Shown here: in pieces, positions 37,474 through 47,239 of the stretch
Layout: each line of letters begins with the position of its first letter
Position numbering within the stretch: the first letter of the stretch is position 1
Assembly (NCBI GenBank): GCA_020073395.1
Contig: JAIQFF010000006.1
Coordinates: 5,431-69,430 of the forward strand
Length of the DNA stretch: 64,000 nucleotides
Direction of reading: 5' to 3'
Source of the DNA: Terriglobia bacterium
Lineage (GTDB): Bacteria; Acidobacteriota; Terriglobia; Terriglobales; Acidobacteriaceae
Translations under genes and position numbers: made by a program
Notes under the pieces: model-generated
Databases searched by the model: none
What the model saw: the letters and a program-made list of their open reading frames with translations, nothing else
Told to the model about the DNA's origin: nothing

Positions 37474-39906
37474 CTACTCGTACCGCAGCGCGACCATGGG
37501 GTCGACATTCATCGCCCAACGTGCTGGGATGTAAGCAGCCAGTGCTGCTACCAAAGCCAGTAGAGACGTGAGCAAAGCGAATGTCACAACGTCGATCTGC
37601 ACCACGCCAAAGAGCGCACCTGAAAGCGCGCGGGTCAGCAGCAATGCGAGTACTAAGCCGATGCTGAGACCGATCATGGCCATTTTCAGCGCTCCTCCAA
37701 CCACCAGCCTGAGCACGTCAAGACGCCGCGCTCCCAGCGCTACGCGCACTCCGATTTCGTGAGTTCGTTGGGTGACGGAATAGGCCATCACGGCGAAGAT
37801 CCCGGCCGCCGCCAGCGTGAGCGCGCAGGCAGCAAAAATCAGCATCATATTGGCGGACGACTCGATGCCGCTGAGGCCGTCGGAAACAACCTGCTCCAGG
37901 CTGCGCATGTCATACGCGGGTTGGTCCGCATCCACATCGCGCAATTGCTTGCTGACAGAGCCCGCAAGCGTCAAGGGATCTCCCGACGTGCGCACCACGA
38001 ACGCCGTAGCGGATTCGGGCTGTTGCGCGAACGGAATGTATGCGGTCGGAGCGGGGTCATGGTCTAAGGGAACCGGCTGCACCTCCCCCACTACTCCTAC
38101 AATCGTGCGTAATGGCTGAGCAGCTTCCGGCCGTCCCATCTGGATATGCTTTCCTAGCGGGTTCTGATCCGGCCAATTCTGATGCGCCATCGTCTCACTG
38201 ATGACCGCCACCGGAGGAGCATTAGGTCCGTCCTGATCGGAAAGGAGCCGTCCTTGCCGCAGCGGAACACGCAATGCTGGGAAAAGGCCTGGAGTCACGA
38301 TTTGCGAAATGACTGATGGCCTTTCTCCCGGGGCTGCTGGGGGCCTGCCCTCCGCCGTGAATTCCGTCCAGTTCCATGTCCATCCCGAAGGCAGGCTGGT
38401 CACACACGCCGCAGATTCGACACCCGGCAGGGCCTGAATATTTCGCAGGACCTGTTCGTAGTAACCACGGATGCGATCTTTGTCGCGGTACTTCGCATCC
38501 GGTAACACGACATGAAAGGTAAGAACATGGTTGCGATCAAAGCCCATGTCCTTGGTTGTGAGAGTACGGAATCCCTTCACCATCAAGCCGGCGCCCACGA
38601 GTAGAACCAAAGAAAGGGCGATTTCTGAGATCACCAGCAAAGTACGAAGGCGCCGCCCGCTGGCACTAGCACTCCCACCACGGGTGCCCTCTTTCAGGGT
38701 GTCATTCACGTTAGGACGTGAAAAATGCCAGGCCGGTGCCAGCCCGGCGACGATGCCGGTCACAATGGCCAAGAGCAGTGTGAACCAGAACACTCGCAAA
38801 TCCAGATGCAGGTGTTTCAACCCCGCAACGTGCTCGACGATAAAGGGGGGAAGACTGCGACGCAAAAGGTTGATGCCCCAGGCCGACAACAGAAGTGCTG
38901 CCGCGCTGCCGAGCAGTGCGAGCAGAAGGCTCTCCACCAGCAGCTGCCGTCCCACCTGCCAGCGGCTGGCCCCGAGCGCGGCGCGAAGAGCGATCTCCTT
39001 TTGTCGCCCGGAAGCGCGGGCCAGTTGCAGGTTGGCCACGTTGGCACAGGCCAGCAGGAGAACGAAGACCGCCGCTCCCATCAGCATCATAAGAAATTGT
39101 TGCGAACCGTAGGTGACATCTTCCACCGTATTCTTGACATTGACTCCGTGGCCGGCGTTGGTCCTGGGATGCTGTTGGCCCAGGCTGGCGGCAATCGTCT
39201 CCAGTTTCGCCTGGGCTTGAGATATGGAAACGCTATCCTTCAGCCGTCCAAACACGGTTAAATAGTGGCTCTCGCGGTCTTCTTTGGCGGGGCCGTTCAG
39301 GTCGAGCGGAGTCCAGACCTTCGATCCGGTGGGGAAATCAAAATCTGGAGACGTGATGCCAATGACCGTGAACTTTCGGCCGTTCAAGAGCAATTGCCTG
39401 CCGACTAGTGCAGGATCAGCGCCCAAATGCTGCTGCCAGAATCCGTTGCTGATGACCACCACGGGCGCAACCCCGCCCTGGAAATCTGCGCTCCCGATAT
39501 TGCGGCCCAGTTGTGGAGACATGCCCAGCAACGAAAAGAAGTCGGCAGTTACCTGCGAACCTTCGACATGCTCGGCCACATTGCCGCCAGTCAAATTCGC
39601 GTCCCATCCGCGGACCGCCGCCAGCTGGCTGAATTGCGTGCTCTGCTCGCTCCAGTCGCGAAAATTCGCGGGAGCCGGACTCAGGTGGTTGTCATTCTGC
39701 CTGGGCAGCGTCTCCCAGATTGTGACCATGCGATCCAGACGCGGGAATGGAAACGGCCGCAGCAGCATGGCATTGACCGAATTGAAAATGGTTGTATTTG
39801 CGCCGATACCGAGGGCCAGAGTAATCACTGCCACCGCGGTAAAGCCGGGGCGCTTGCGCAACATGCGGAGCCCGTAACGAACATCCTGCAGCAGTCCAGT
39901 CATCAT
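37474..39906 (-). CDS. ADOP-family permease, copy 2
   Basis: N-terminus [42 protein letters not shown]-terminus ...[10 protein letters not shown]. The stop lies 4 nt before the start of copy 1. Confidence 0.9.
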   Translation of the reverse strand: MMTGLLQDVRYGLRMLRKRPGFTAVAVITLALGIGANTTIFNSVNAMLLRPFPFPRLDRMVTIWETLPRQNDNHLSPAPANFRDWSEQSTQFSQLAAVRGWDANLTGGNVAEHVEGSQVTADFFSLLGMSPQLGRNIGSADFQGGVAPVVVISNGFWQQHLGADPALVGRQLLLNGRKFTVIGITSPDFDFPTGSKVWTPLDLNGPAKEDRESHYLTVFGRLKDSVSISQAQAKLETIAASLGQQHPRTNAGHGVNVKNTVEDVTYGSQQFLMMLMGAAVFVLLLACANVANLQLARASGRQKEIALRAALGASRWQVGRQLLVESLLLALLGSAAALLLSAWGINLLRRSLPPFIVEHVAGLKHLHLDLRVFWFTLLLAIVTGIVAGLAPAWHFSRPNVNDTLKEGTRGGSASASGRRLRTLLVISEIALSLVLLVGAGLMVKGFRTLTTKDMGFDRNHVLTFHVVLPDAKYRDKDRIRGYYEQVLRNIQALPGVESAACVTSLPSGWTWNWTEFTAEGRPPAAPGERPSVISQIVTPGLFPALRVPLRQGRLLSDQDGPNAPPVAVISETMAHQNWPDQNPLGKHIQMGRPEAAQPLRTIVGVVGEVQPVPLDHDPAPTAYIPFAQQPESATAFVVRTSGDPLTLAGSVSKQLRDVDADQPAYDMRSLEQVVSDGLSGIESSANMMLIFAACALTLAAAGIFAVMAYSVTQRTHEIGVRVALGARRLDVLRLVVGGALKMAMIGLSIGLVLALLLTRALSGALFGVVQIDVVTFALLTSLLALVAALAAYIPARWAMNVDPMVALRYE

Positions 39907-39913
39907 TTATTCC

Positions 39914-42343
39914 TCACTCGTAACGCAGAGCCACCATGGGATCGACCTTGGTCGCGCGATAGGCCGGAATGTAACTGGCCATCATCGCGGCCATGAAAAG
40001 CACGACGCACACCCCCGTGAAAGTTGCGGCATCCGTGGGAGCCACGCCAAATAGCAAACTTGCGATCAGCCGCGCAGTGATCAAACCACCCACGATTCCC
40101 AATGCAATTCCGATCAGGGCCAGTTTCAGGCCGCTGTTGACTACCATCTTCAGCAAGTCGCCGCGCTGCGCTCCCAAAGCCATGCGCAAACCCAGCTCGC
40201 GCGAGCGCTCCGCCACGCTGTAGGCCAGAACTCCATAGAGTCCCAATACTGCAAGCAACAGCGCCAAGGCGGAAAATCCGCCGATGAGGTATGCGGGATA
40301 CGACCGCACCAGCATGGTGGGCGAGGTCGAAATGATCTGCGCCATGCTGCTAATTTGGAAAACGGGAGCCTGGGGTTCGAGTTCGTGGATGGATCGAGTG
40401 ACTGCGGCAACTAGTGAACCCGGTTCTTTCCTGGTGCGGATAGCCAGGCTAAAATATGGGTAAGGATCCTGTTCGTAGCAGTCATACACGATGGGTGTCG
40501 GCGGAGCATCCAGGCCGGTAACATTTTCATTGCCCACCACGCCGACGATCTGGACGTAGTGGGGCTCATTCGTGTAGGTGAAGTTGATGCGCTTGCCGAT
40601 CGGATCCTGGTGGGGAAAAACCATGTCCGCCATGGCCTGGTTGACGATTACCACGTGGACCGACTTGTCACGATCCTGCGAATTGAAGAACCGCCCGGCG
40701 CGCAACGGAATGCCCATCACCGAAAAGTAGTTTTGCGTGACCGTGGGAGTATTGGCTTCGTATTCCTGGCCGCCGCTGCTCTTGGGATGTCCCTCCAAGT
40801 CAAAACGAGACGTATTGCCTTTGGCGGACATGGGCACAGTCGTCACTGCCGCCGCTTGTTCGACACCGGGAAGGCTCCTGATTCTGTCCAATAGTTGTTG
40901 CTGGAGGGCCAGCTGTCTGGGTCCGTCTGGATACTTGTTGCCGGGGAGCGCCACTACGCCGGTGAGCAAATTGCGAGTGTCAAATCCGGGATCGGTGTTC
41001 AGCACTCGGTGCAAACTCTTGAGCATCAAACCTGCGCCCACCAGCAGCACTACCGCCAAGGCCATCTCCGAAACCACCAGCACGCTGCGCAGGCGGTGGG
41101 TGGAACCAACTGAACCGCGGCCCGCGGCCTGAAGTTCGTGTTGCAGGTCGGGGCGGAAAGTCTGCAGCAGCGGAGCCAATCCGAACAAGATCCCCGTTAG
41201 CAACGAAATTCCTAGCGCAAACCAAAGCGCACCGCTATGCACTTTGAGTCCCTGAAGCGGCGGCGTGCTCAGCAGGATGTCCGGCGGAAGCAGCGAAAGC
41301 ACAGCCGGCACCGCCCAGTAGGCGGCGAGAACCCCTGCACTGCCTCCCATGAGGGCGAGCAATACACTCTCCGTCAGCAGTTGCCGGGCTATGCGATTCG
41401 ATCGGGCGCCCAGCGCCAAACGAATGGAAATTTCTTTTCTGCGAGGCTGGGACCGCGCCAGCAGGAGTCCGGCCACATTTGCGCAGGTGATGAGCAGCAC
41501 GAATCCGATCGCGGCCATCAATACGACCAGTACCGGCTGCACCTGGCCGACAATCTGCCATCGCAGGTCAACCAACTCTGTGCTCATGCCGGCATTCGAG
41601 TCCGGATACTGCATGGCCAATCGCCGCGAAAGAGTCTGTATCTCGGCTTGCGCCTGCCGAAGGCTCACGCCTGGCTTGAGACGAGCCACGGGATGCAACC
41701 AATAAGCGTTTCGCCTTAAAAAAAATCCGGATATCCGGGGTGACATCCATAAATCCGCCGACTGCGTGGGAGCAAGAGCAAAATTCTTTGGCAGCACCCC
41801 CACTACAGTGGCCGGTTCACCATCGAGTGCCAGCGCCGTGCCGACTACGCCTGGGTTGCCGCCAAATCGCCGCTGCCAGGCGCCGTAGCTCAGCATGACA
41901 GGAAAGTTCTTCTGCAGCTCATCTTCACCGGCCCCGAAAGTTCGCCCTAGAATGGGCTGAACTCCCAAAGTTTCAAAGAAACCAGTGGTCGCCACGGCCA
42001 CCTGGAGTTGTTCAGCACCGTCTTTGCCCGAGAGCGTCACGCTGTTTCGCGAATAGCCGCCGATCTGCGAGAAGACTTTGTTCTCCCGTTTCACATCCAG
42101 ATAATCGGGATAAGAGAACTCCGACTGCTGGAACGAACCCTCGGTGCGCTTCTCCCATATCTGCACCAACTCCTCCGGCCTCTCGTACCCCAGCGGGCGC
42201 AACAGGATGGCATCGAAGACCGTAAATACTGCCGTGGTGGCACCGATTCCCATAGTCAACATGATCAGGATGATCACCGTCAGACCGGGACTCTTCCGCA
42301 ACATGCGTAAGCCATAGGTGAGATCCTGCATCAGAGTTTGCAT
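39914..42343 (-). CDS. ADOP-family permease, copy 3
   Basis: N-terminus MQTLMQDLTYGLRMLRKSPGLT, C-terminus ...[10 protein letters not shown]. Confidence 0.9.
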   Translation of the reverse strand: MQTLMQDLTYGLRMLRKSPGLTVIILIMLTMGIGATTAVFTVFDAILLRPLGYERPEELVQIWEKRTEGSFQQSEFSYPDYLDVKRENKVFSQIGGYSRNSVTLSGKDGAEQLQVAVATTGFFETLGVQPILGRTFGAGEDELQKNFPVMLSYGAWQRRFGGNPGVVGTALALDGEPATVVGVLPKNFALAPTQSADLWMSPRISGFFLRRNAYWLHPVARLKPGVSLRQAQAEIQTLSRRLAMQYPDSNAGMSTELVDLRWQIVGQVQPVLVVLMAAIGFVLLITCANVAGLLLARSQPRRKEISIRLALGARSNRIARQLLTESVLLALMGGSAGVLAAYWAVPAVLSLLPPDILLSTPPLQGLKVHSGALWFALGISLLTGILFGLAPLLQTFRPDLQHELQAAGRGSVGSTHRLRSVLVVSEMALAVVLLVGAGLMLKSLHRVLNTDPGFDTRNLLTGVVALPGNKYPDGPRQLALQQQLLDRIRSLPGVEQAAAVTTVPMSAKGNTSRFDLEGHPKSSGGQEYEANTPTVTQNYFSVMGIPLRAGRFFNSQDRDKSVHVVIVNQAMADMVFPHQDPIGKRINFTYTNEPHYVQIVGVVGNENVTGLDAPPTPIVYDCYEQDPYPYFSLAIRTRKEPGSLVAAVTRSIHELEPQAPVFQISSMAQIISTSPTMLVRSYPAYLIGGFSALALLLAVLGLYGVLAYSVAERSRELGLRMALGAQRGDLLKMVVNSGLKLALIGIALGIVGGLITARLIASLLFGVAPTDAATFTGVCVVLFMAAMMASYIPAYRATKVDPMVALRYE

Positions 42344-42351
42344 AGTTCTCC

Positions 42352-44806
42352 TTACTCGTATCTCAAGGCCACCATGGGATCAACCTTCGCCGCGCGACGC
42401 GCGGGAATGTAGCTGGCAAGCAAGGCCACAGCCAGAAGCAAGAGTGCGGCCTCGGTCAGTGTGGCTGGGTCATTTGGCTTTATTCCAAACAGCAGCGCGC
42501 CAATCCATCGAGCAGCAACCAGCGAACAGAAAGTGCCGGCGACAGCGCCGCCGGCAATCCATACCAGCGTCTGGAACACCATGACTCTGGTGACAGTAGC
42601 CGGGTTCGCGCCCAGCGCCAGACGAATGGCAATTTCCCGGATGCGCTGGCTCACCAGCAAGGAAACCAGGCCGAAGATACCCACTGCCGCGAGAAGCAGG
42701 CCGATCGCGGCAAATAGCGAAAGCAGAGCAGCCGTAAATCGGGGACGCTCCGCGAGCCGATACACGGTTTGACCCAGGGTGCTTGACTCCAGGGGCAACG
42801 TCGGGTCAAGCGCCGCGACGGAGTCTCGTATTTCTTTGGCTACCGTCTGGGGATCAATTGCACTGCGTACCACCATGCTGATGCGCTGAGAGTCTAGATA
42901 ATTGAAGATGCGGTCGTTCGCGCTGTGACTGCGAACTAGGTAATATTCGGGACCTATGTGTCCGCCGAGCCCCTGATTTTGCGTGTTGGCAGTCACACCT
43001 ACGATTCTGAACGTGGCAGCGTCGCGCACTTCGTCGGAACTAAAGTGGATGGTCTTGCCCACCGGGTCCTGGCCGGGAAAGAGGCGTTGAGCCAGGGCTT
43101 GGTTAAGGATCATGGCGTCATACGCTGAGGTGCGGTCCTGTTCCTCAAAGGCCCGTCCGCGCAGCAGAGGAATGCCCAGTACCGAGAAATATTTCGGCGT
43201 CACAGATCTCCAACTCACGATTCCACCAATGCCCTGGTCAGGGCTGAGAGGCGGTTGCCCTTCCGCTTCGAGCGCAACCAACGGCATCGTGCGCGCCGGG
43301 GTCTCAGGGGGGAGCGAGTCACTGAGGGCAGCCGCCGCGACACCGGGCAATTGCTGGAGTTTGTTCCAGTTGCTCGAAGAATGCAAGGCGCTGTGCCGGT
43401 TGAGCATATTTTTCCTGCCCAAGCGTGATCGCCGCCGTAACAATATTTTGCGTATTCATCCCCAACGGCTGGACCTCGAGGTTGCGAAGAGTCCGCAGGA
43501 ACAGCAGCGCACCCGTAACCAGAATAAGAGTCATGCAAACCTGAGCAGCCATCAGAGCCTTTCGCAGGTTGCTTCGCCGTGTGCCGGCCACAGTCATGGC
43601 CACCAGAGCTTCCGGGCGTGGCTTTTCCAGCGCGGGTAAAGTGCCAAAAACAACTCCGGCAGCGCTCGACGACAGAAGCGCGAAGATCAGGGCCCTGACG
43701 TTTACCATCGCCTCCGGCAAGCGTGGTATTCCTGCCGGGGAAAGAGCGACGAAGCCATGAACAATCAGGTAAGCAAGCCCACATCCGATTGCGCCTCCAA
43801 CCAGTGCGAGCAGCATGCTTTCTGTGAGCCTTTGCTGAAACAGGCGAAGGCGGGCGGCGCCGAGCGCAGACCGGACCGCAAGCTCGTGTCGCCGCCCCGT
43901 GCTGCGGGCAAATACGAGGTTGGCCACATTGGCGCAGGCGATTAGCAGGCCCGCAAGGGCCGAGACCAGCAGGAACCAGGCCGCGCGACGGGAGTCATGA
44001 ATCTGCAAATCGCGTATGGAGCGGACCTGAAGCCGCAGTTCTTTTCGAAACGGAGGCGGCGCGGATTCCACAAAGGTCCGAAACAAAAGCGGCAACTGCG
44101 CTACCGCCGCGTCGATGCTGACGCCTGGTTTCAGGCGTCCGTACACGCGGACCGTCGGTCCCATCAAATTACGTTGCACAATGGATTCATCGAGGGCCTC
44201 GGGCACGACCAGCCCTGTACCGGCCAGCGTCGGAAATTCAAAGTCACGCGGCAACACTCCCAAGACCCGTGTTGGCTTTCCATCAACCGAAATCGTGCGA
44301 TCAACAATGCCGCGATCGCCTCCAAACCGGCTTTGCCATATTCCATACGAGAGCAATGCGACTTTGGGAGAATCGGGGCGATCCTCTTCCGGCGTGAAGT
44401 TCCGGCCCAGGATGGGTTGCACACCGAAGGTAGACAGGAAGGTGGACGCTACGGACGCGCAGCTTGATCGGACGGGGCGGTCATCGGTGAGATCACAATC
44501 GTTCACGCCAGTGGACGACGTGAAGTTCGCGAACGGAGTTTGATCGCGCCTCCACGACAGATAATTCGCCGCAAAGAGAAACTCGCCGTCAATAATAGGA
44601 GCGATGACTCCGACGGAAACCAACTGCTCAGCGTGGGGATAGCGCAAGCCGCGGAAGAGCGCGCCGTCCACCAAACTGAACATCGCAGTAGTTGCGCCGA
44701 TCCCTAGCGACAATGTGAACACGGCGACCGAAGTGAATCCCGGGCTCTTGCGCAGTTGCCGCAGAGCGTAGCGAATGTCCTGGAGCAGGCCGGTCATCCT
44801 GTTCAT
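42352..44806 (-). pseudogene. ADOP-family permease, copy 4, interrupted by a frameshift near 43360
   Basis: The N-terminal ORF (44806-43319, [22 protein letters not shown]...AFFEQLEQ) and the C-terminal ORF (43443-42352, ...LQQLPGVAAAAL...[10 protein letters not shown]) together cover one ADOP gene in two frames. The frames cross at GAACAAACTCCAG (plus-strand TTT at 43360-43362). Confidence 0.75.
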
Positions 44807-44813
44807 CTCCTCC

Positions 44814-47234
44814 TTACTCGTACCTCAGAGCGACCATGGGGTCGACCTTGGCTGCGCGACGTGCCGGGATATAGCTCGCTGCTATCGCGACTCCACTGAG
44901 CACGACCACCACCGCAGCAAACGTTGCCGGGTCAGTAGGCCGTGTGCCGTACAGCAGGCCCACCATAAGGCGGCTTAGCGCCAAAGCTCCGGCCAGTCCC
45001 ACGGCGACTCCGGCCAGCGCTTGAACTATTCCCTGGAAGACCACCAGTTTGAGCACATCTCGTCCTTGCGCCCCTAGCGCCATGCGGACGCCGATCTCGT
45101 GGGTCCGCCGGGAGACCGAATAGCTCATGACACCGTAGATCCCTACTCCCGCCAGGACCAGCGCTACCGTGGCAAACGCGCCCAGCAGAACCATGTAGAA
45201 CCGCGACTGTCCTGTGGCTTCAGCGACCACGTGGTCCATGGTCTGGATTTCGGACAGCGGAATGTTGGTGTCGAGCGAGTGAATTGCTCCTCGGATGGCT
45301 GGGGCCAAGGCGGCGGGATCAAGGCCGGTTCGTACCACCAGGGTCAAGTAGGCAAATGGCGGCGATGGCATGTCGAGATACGCGCGGTTCTGCAGATAAG
45401 GCAGAAATACTTCCTCTTCGGGCGGACTCACCCAATTGCTGCGGGCGGTGTTCTTCGCCACACCCACTACGGTGAGCCACGAGGGATTTCTCGCCGGATC
45501 GTCAAACGTGATTCTCTTGCCGATCGCATCTTCGCCGGGCCAATAGCGACGGGCGATATAGTCGTTGACTATCACCACTCCCGGCGCGCGTAAATCGTCG
45601 GCATCGGTGAGGTCACGGCCGCGCAGAATCGGGATGCTCATGGTCCGAAAGTAGCCGGGAAAGACCGCGCGGTAGGTGGCAACCAGGTCTCTCCCCGGAG
45701 GCTCCGGCGGCCGGCCCTCGATGTGAAACGGGAAACCCCATTCGTCGCCCGCCAGGGGCAGATGATTGATGCCGCTGACTGATTGAACCCCGGGCACGAC
45801 ACTGACTTTCTGCAGCACTTCCTGATAGAAATTGCCGGTATGGCCAGCGGCCGCCTGCTCCGTACCCGCAACGCCAACCACCAGCGACAACACGCCGTGG
45901 GGATCGAAACCTGGATCCACGTGCTGCAATGCGAGGAAGGTGCGAACCATCAGCCCCGCGCCAGCCAGCAACATTACTGCCAGCGCAAATTCGGAGCCCA
46001 CCAGCAGACCGCGCAGGCGGTGCAGTCCTTGGCTGGACCCGCGTTTACCTTCTTTCAATGCGTCACTGAGGTTGACTGAAGTCGCTCTCCAGGCCGGAGC
46101 CATACCGAAAGCCAGCCCGGTGAATAAGGAAATGACTAGCGCGAACAGCAGCACGTGGCCATCCACCCCCACGGTCTCCACTCTGGGTATGGCGGCTGGA
46201 CTGAGCGCCAGCAGAACGCGAACGCCCCACACTGCAAGCAGCAAACCGGCGCCCCCGCCCAACAGGGCGAGCGCCATGCTTTCGGTCAGGAGCTGGCCGA
46301 ACACATCCCAGCGTCCCGCCCCCAGGGCGGTGCGCAGCGCAATCTCTTCGCGCCGGGCGGCCGCGCGTGCCAGCAACATGTGGCTGACGTTGGCGCAAGC
46401 AATCAGCAGCACGAAGCCCACGGCTCCAAGCAGCACAAGCAACGCGGGACGGATGTTTCCCACGACTTTCTCGCGCAGCGATAGAACCTGCATGTCCTGG
46501 TTGGTGCCGGGGAACTCGCGCTCCAGACGGCCGGTAATGCCCGCCATTTCAGCCTGGGCTTGCTCCAGAGTGACGCCAGGCTTCAGCCGTGCAAATACGC
46601 GTAGCGAGCCGCCCCCGCGATCGGTAAGGCGTGAACCGAGCGCCAGGGGTGCCCAAAGCTGTGCCGTCGCCCAAAAAGGAGCGAACCTGAATTCCCGCGG
46701 CATCACCCCGATCACCGCATATTTCTCACCGCTGAGCGCCACCGACCGGCCGATGACGTCGGGGCTTCCGGCAAAATGGCTCTGCCAGAGGGAGTAGCTC
46801 AACACCACTTCATGTTCTTTGCCGGCCTCTTGTTCTTCCGGCAGGAACACGCGCCCCAACAAGGGTTGGACTCCCAGCATTGGGAGAATCTCTGGAGTGA
46901 TGTGCAACGCCCACAATTTCTCGGGATTGTCAGTGCCGGTCAGGTTCGCAGTCCAGTACTCCGCCGCCCCCATGTGCGAGAAAACCTGGCTCTGACTCCG
47001 CCAGTCGATGAAATTCGCCGGGGACACGGGATTGCGCCCCTTGTTGAGAATTACCACCAGCCGGCTGTCATCTTTATATGGAAGCGGTCGCAGCAAGACG
47101 GCATTGACCACGCTGAAAATGGCTGTGTTCGCGCCGATCCCCAGCGCCAGTGTGATGACCGCCACCGCAGCAAACCCAGGGCTCTTTCGCAGGGCGCGGA
47201 TGGTGTAGCGCAGGTTCTGAAGCAGAGTTTCCAT
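44814..47234 (-). CDS. ADOP-family permease, copy 5
   Basis: I moved the start to [40 protein letters not shown] (ATG at 47234). C-terminus ...[10 protein letters not shown]. Confidence 0.9.
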   Translation of the reverse strand: METLLQNLRYTIRALRKSPGFAAVAVITLALGIGANTAIFSVVNAVLLRPLPYKDDSRLVVILNKGRNPVSPANFIDWRSQSQVFSHMGAAEYWTANLTGTDNPEKLWALHITPEILPMLGVQPLLGRVFLPEEQEAGKEHEVVLSYSLWQSHFAGSPDVIGRSVALSGEKYAVIGVMPREFRFAPFWATAQLWAPLALGSRLTDRGGGSLRVFARLKPGVTLEQAQAEMAGITGRLEREFPGTNQDMQVLSLREKVVGNIRPALLVLLGAVGFVLLIACANVSHMLLARAAARREEIALRTALGAGRWDVFGQLLTESMALALLGGGAGLLLAVWGVRVLLALSPAAIPRVETVGVDGHVLLFALVISLFTGLAFGMAPAWRATSVNLSDALKEGKRGSSQGLHRLRGLLVGSEFALAVMLLAGAGLMVRTFLALQHVDPGFDPHGVLSLVVGVAGTEQAAAGHTGNFYQEVLQKVSVVPGVQSVSGINHLPLAGDEWGFPFHIEGRPPEPPGRDLVATYRAVFPGYFRTMSIPILRGRDLTDADDLRAPGVVIVNDYIARRYWPGEDAIGKRITFDDPARNPSWLTVVGVAKNTARSNWVSPPEEEVFLPYLQNRAYLDMPSPPFAYLTLVVRTGLDPAALAPAIRGAIHSLDTNIPLSEIQTMDHVVAEATGQSRFYMVLLGAFATVALVLAGVGIYGVMSYSVSRRTHEIGVRMALGAQGRDVLKLVVFQGIVQALAGVAVGLAGALALSRLMVGLLYGTRPTDPATFAAVVVVLSGVAIAASYIPARRAAKVDPMVALRYE

Positions 47235-47239
47235 GTTCC

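Noticed and set aside
37474-37510. Recurrent ~33-nt sequence (CTACTCGTA(C/G)CGCAG...CCATGGG(G/A)TCGAC) at 37474, 39914, 42352, 44814, 47240, 54838 and 57632. It could be mistaken for a CRISPR-like or REP repeat.
   Set aside because: It is the coding 3' end ([10 protein letters not shown]) of each ADOP gene. The spacing equals the gene length (~2.4 kb) and the variation is mostly synonymous.
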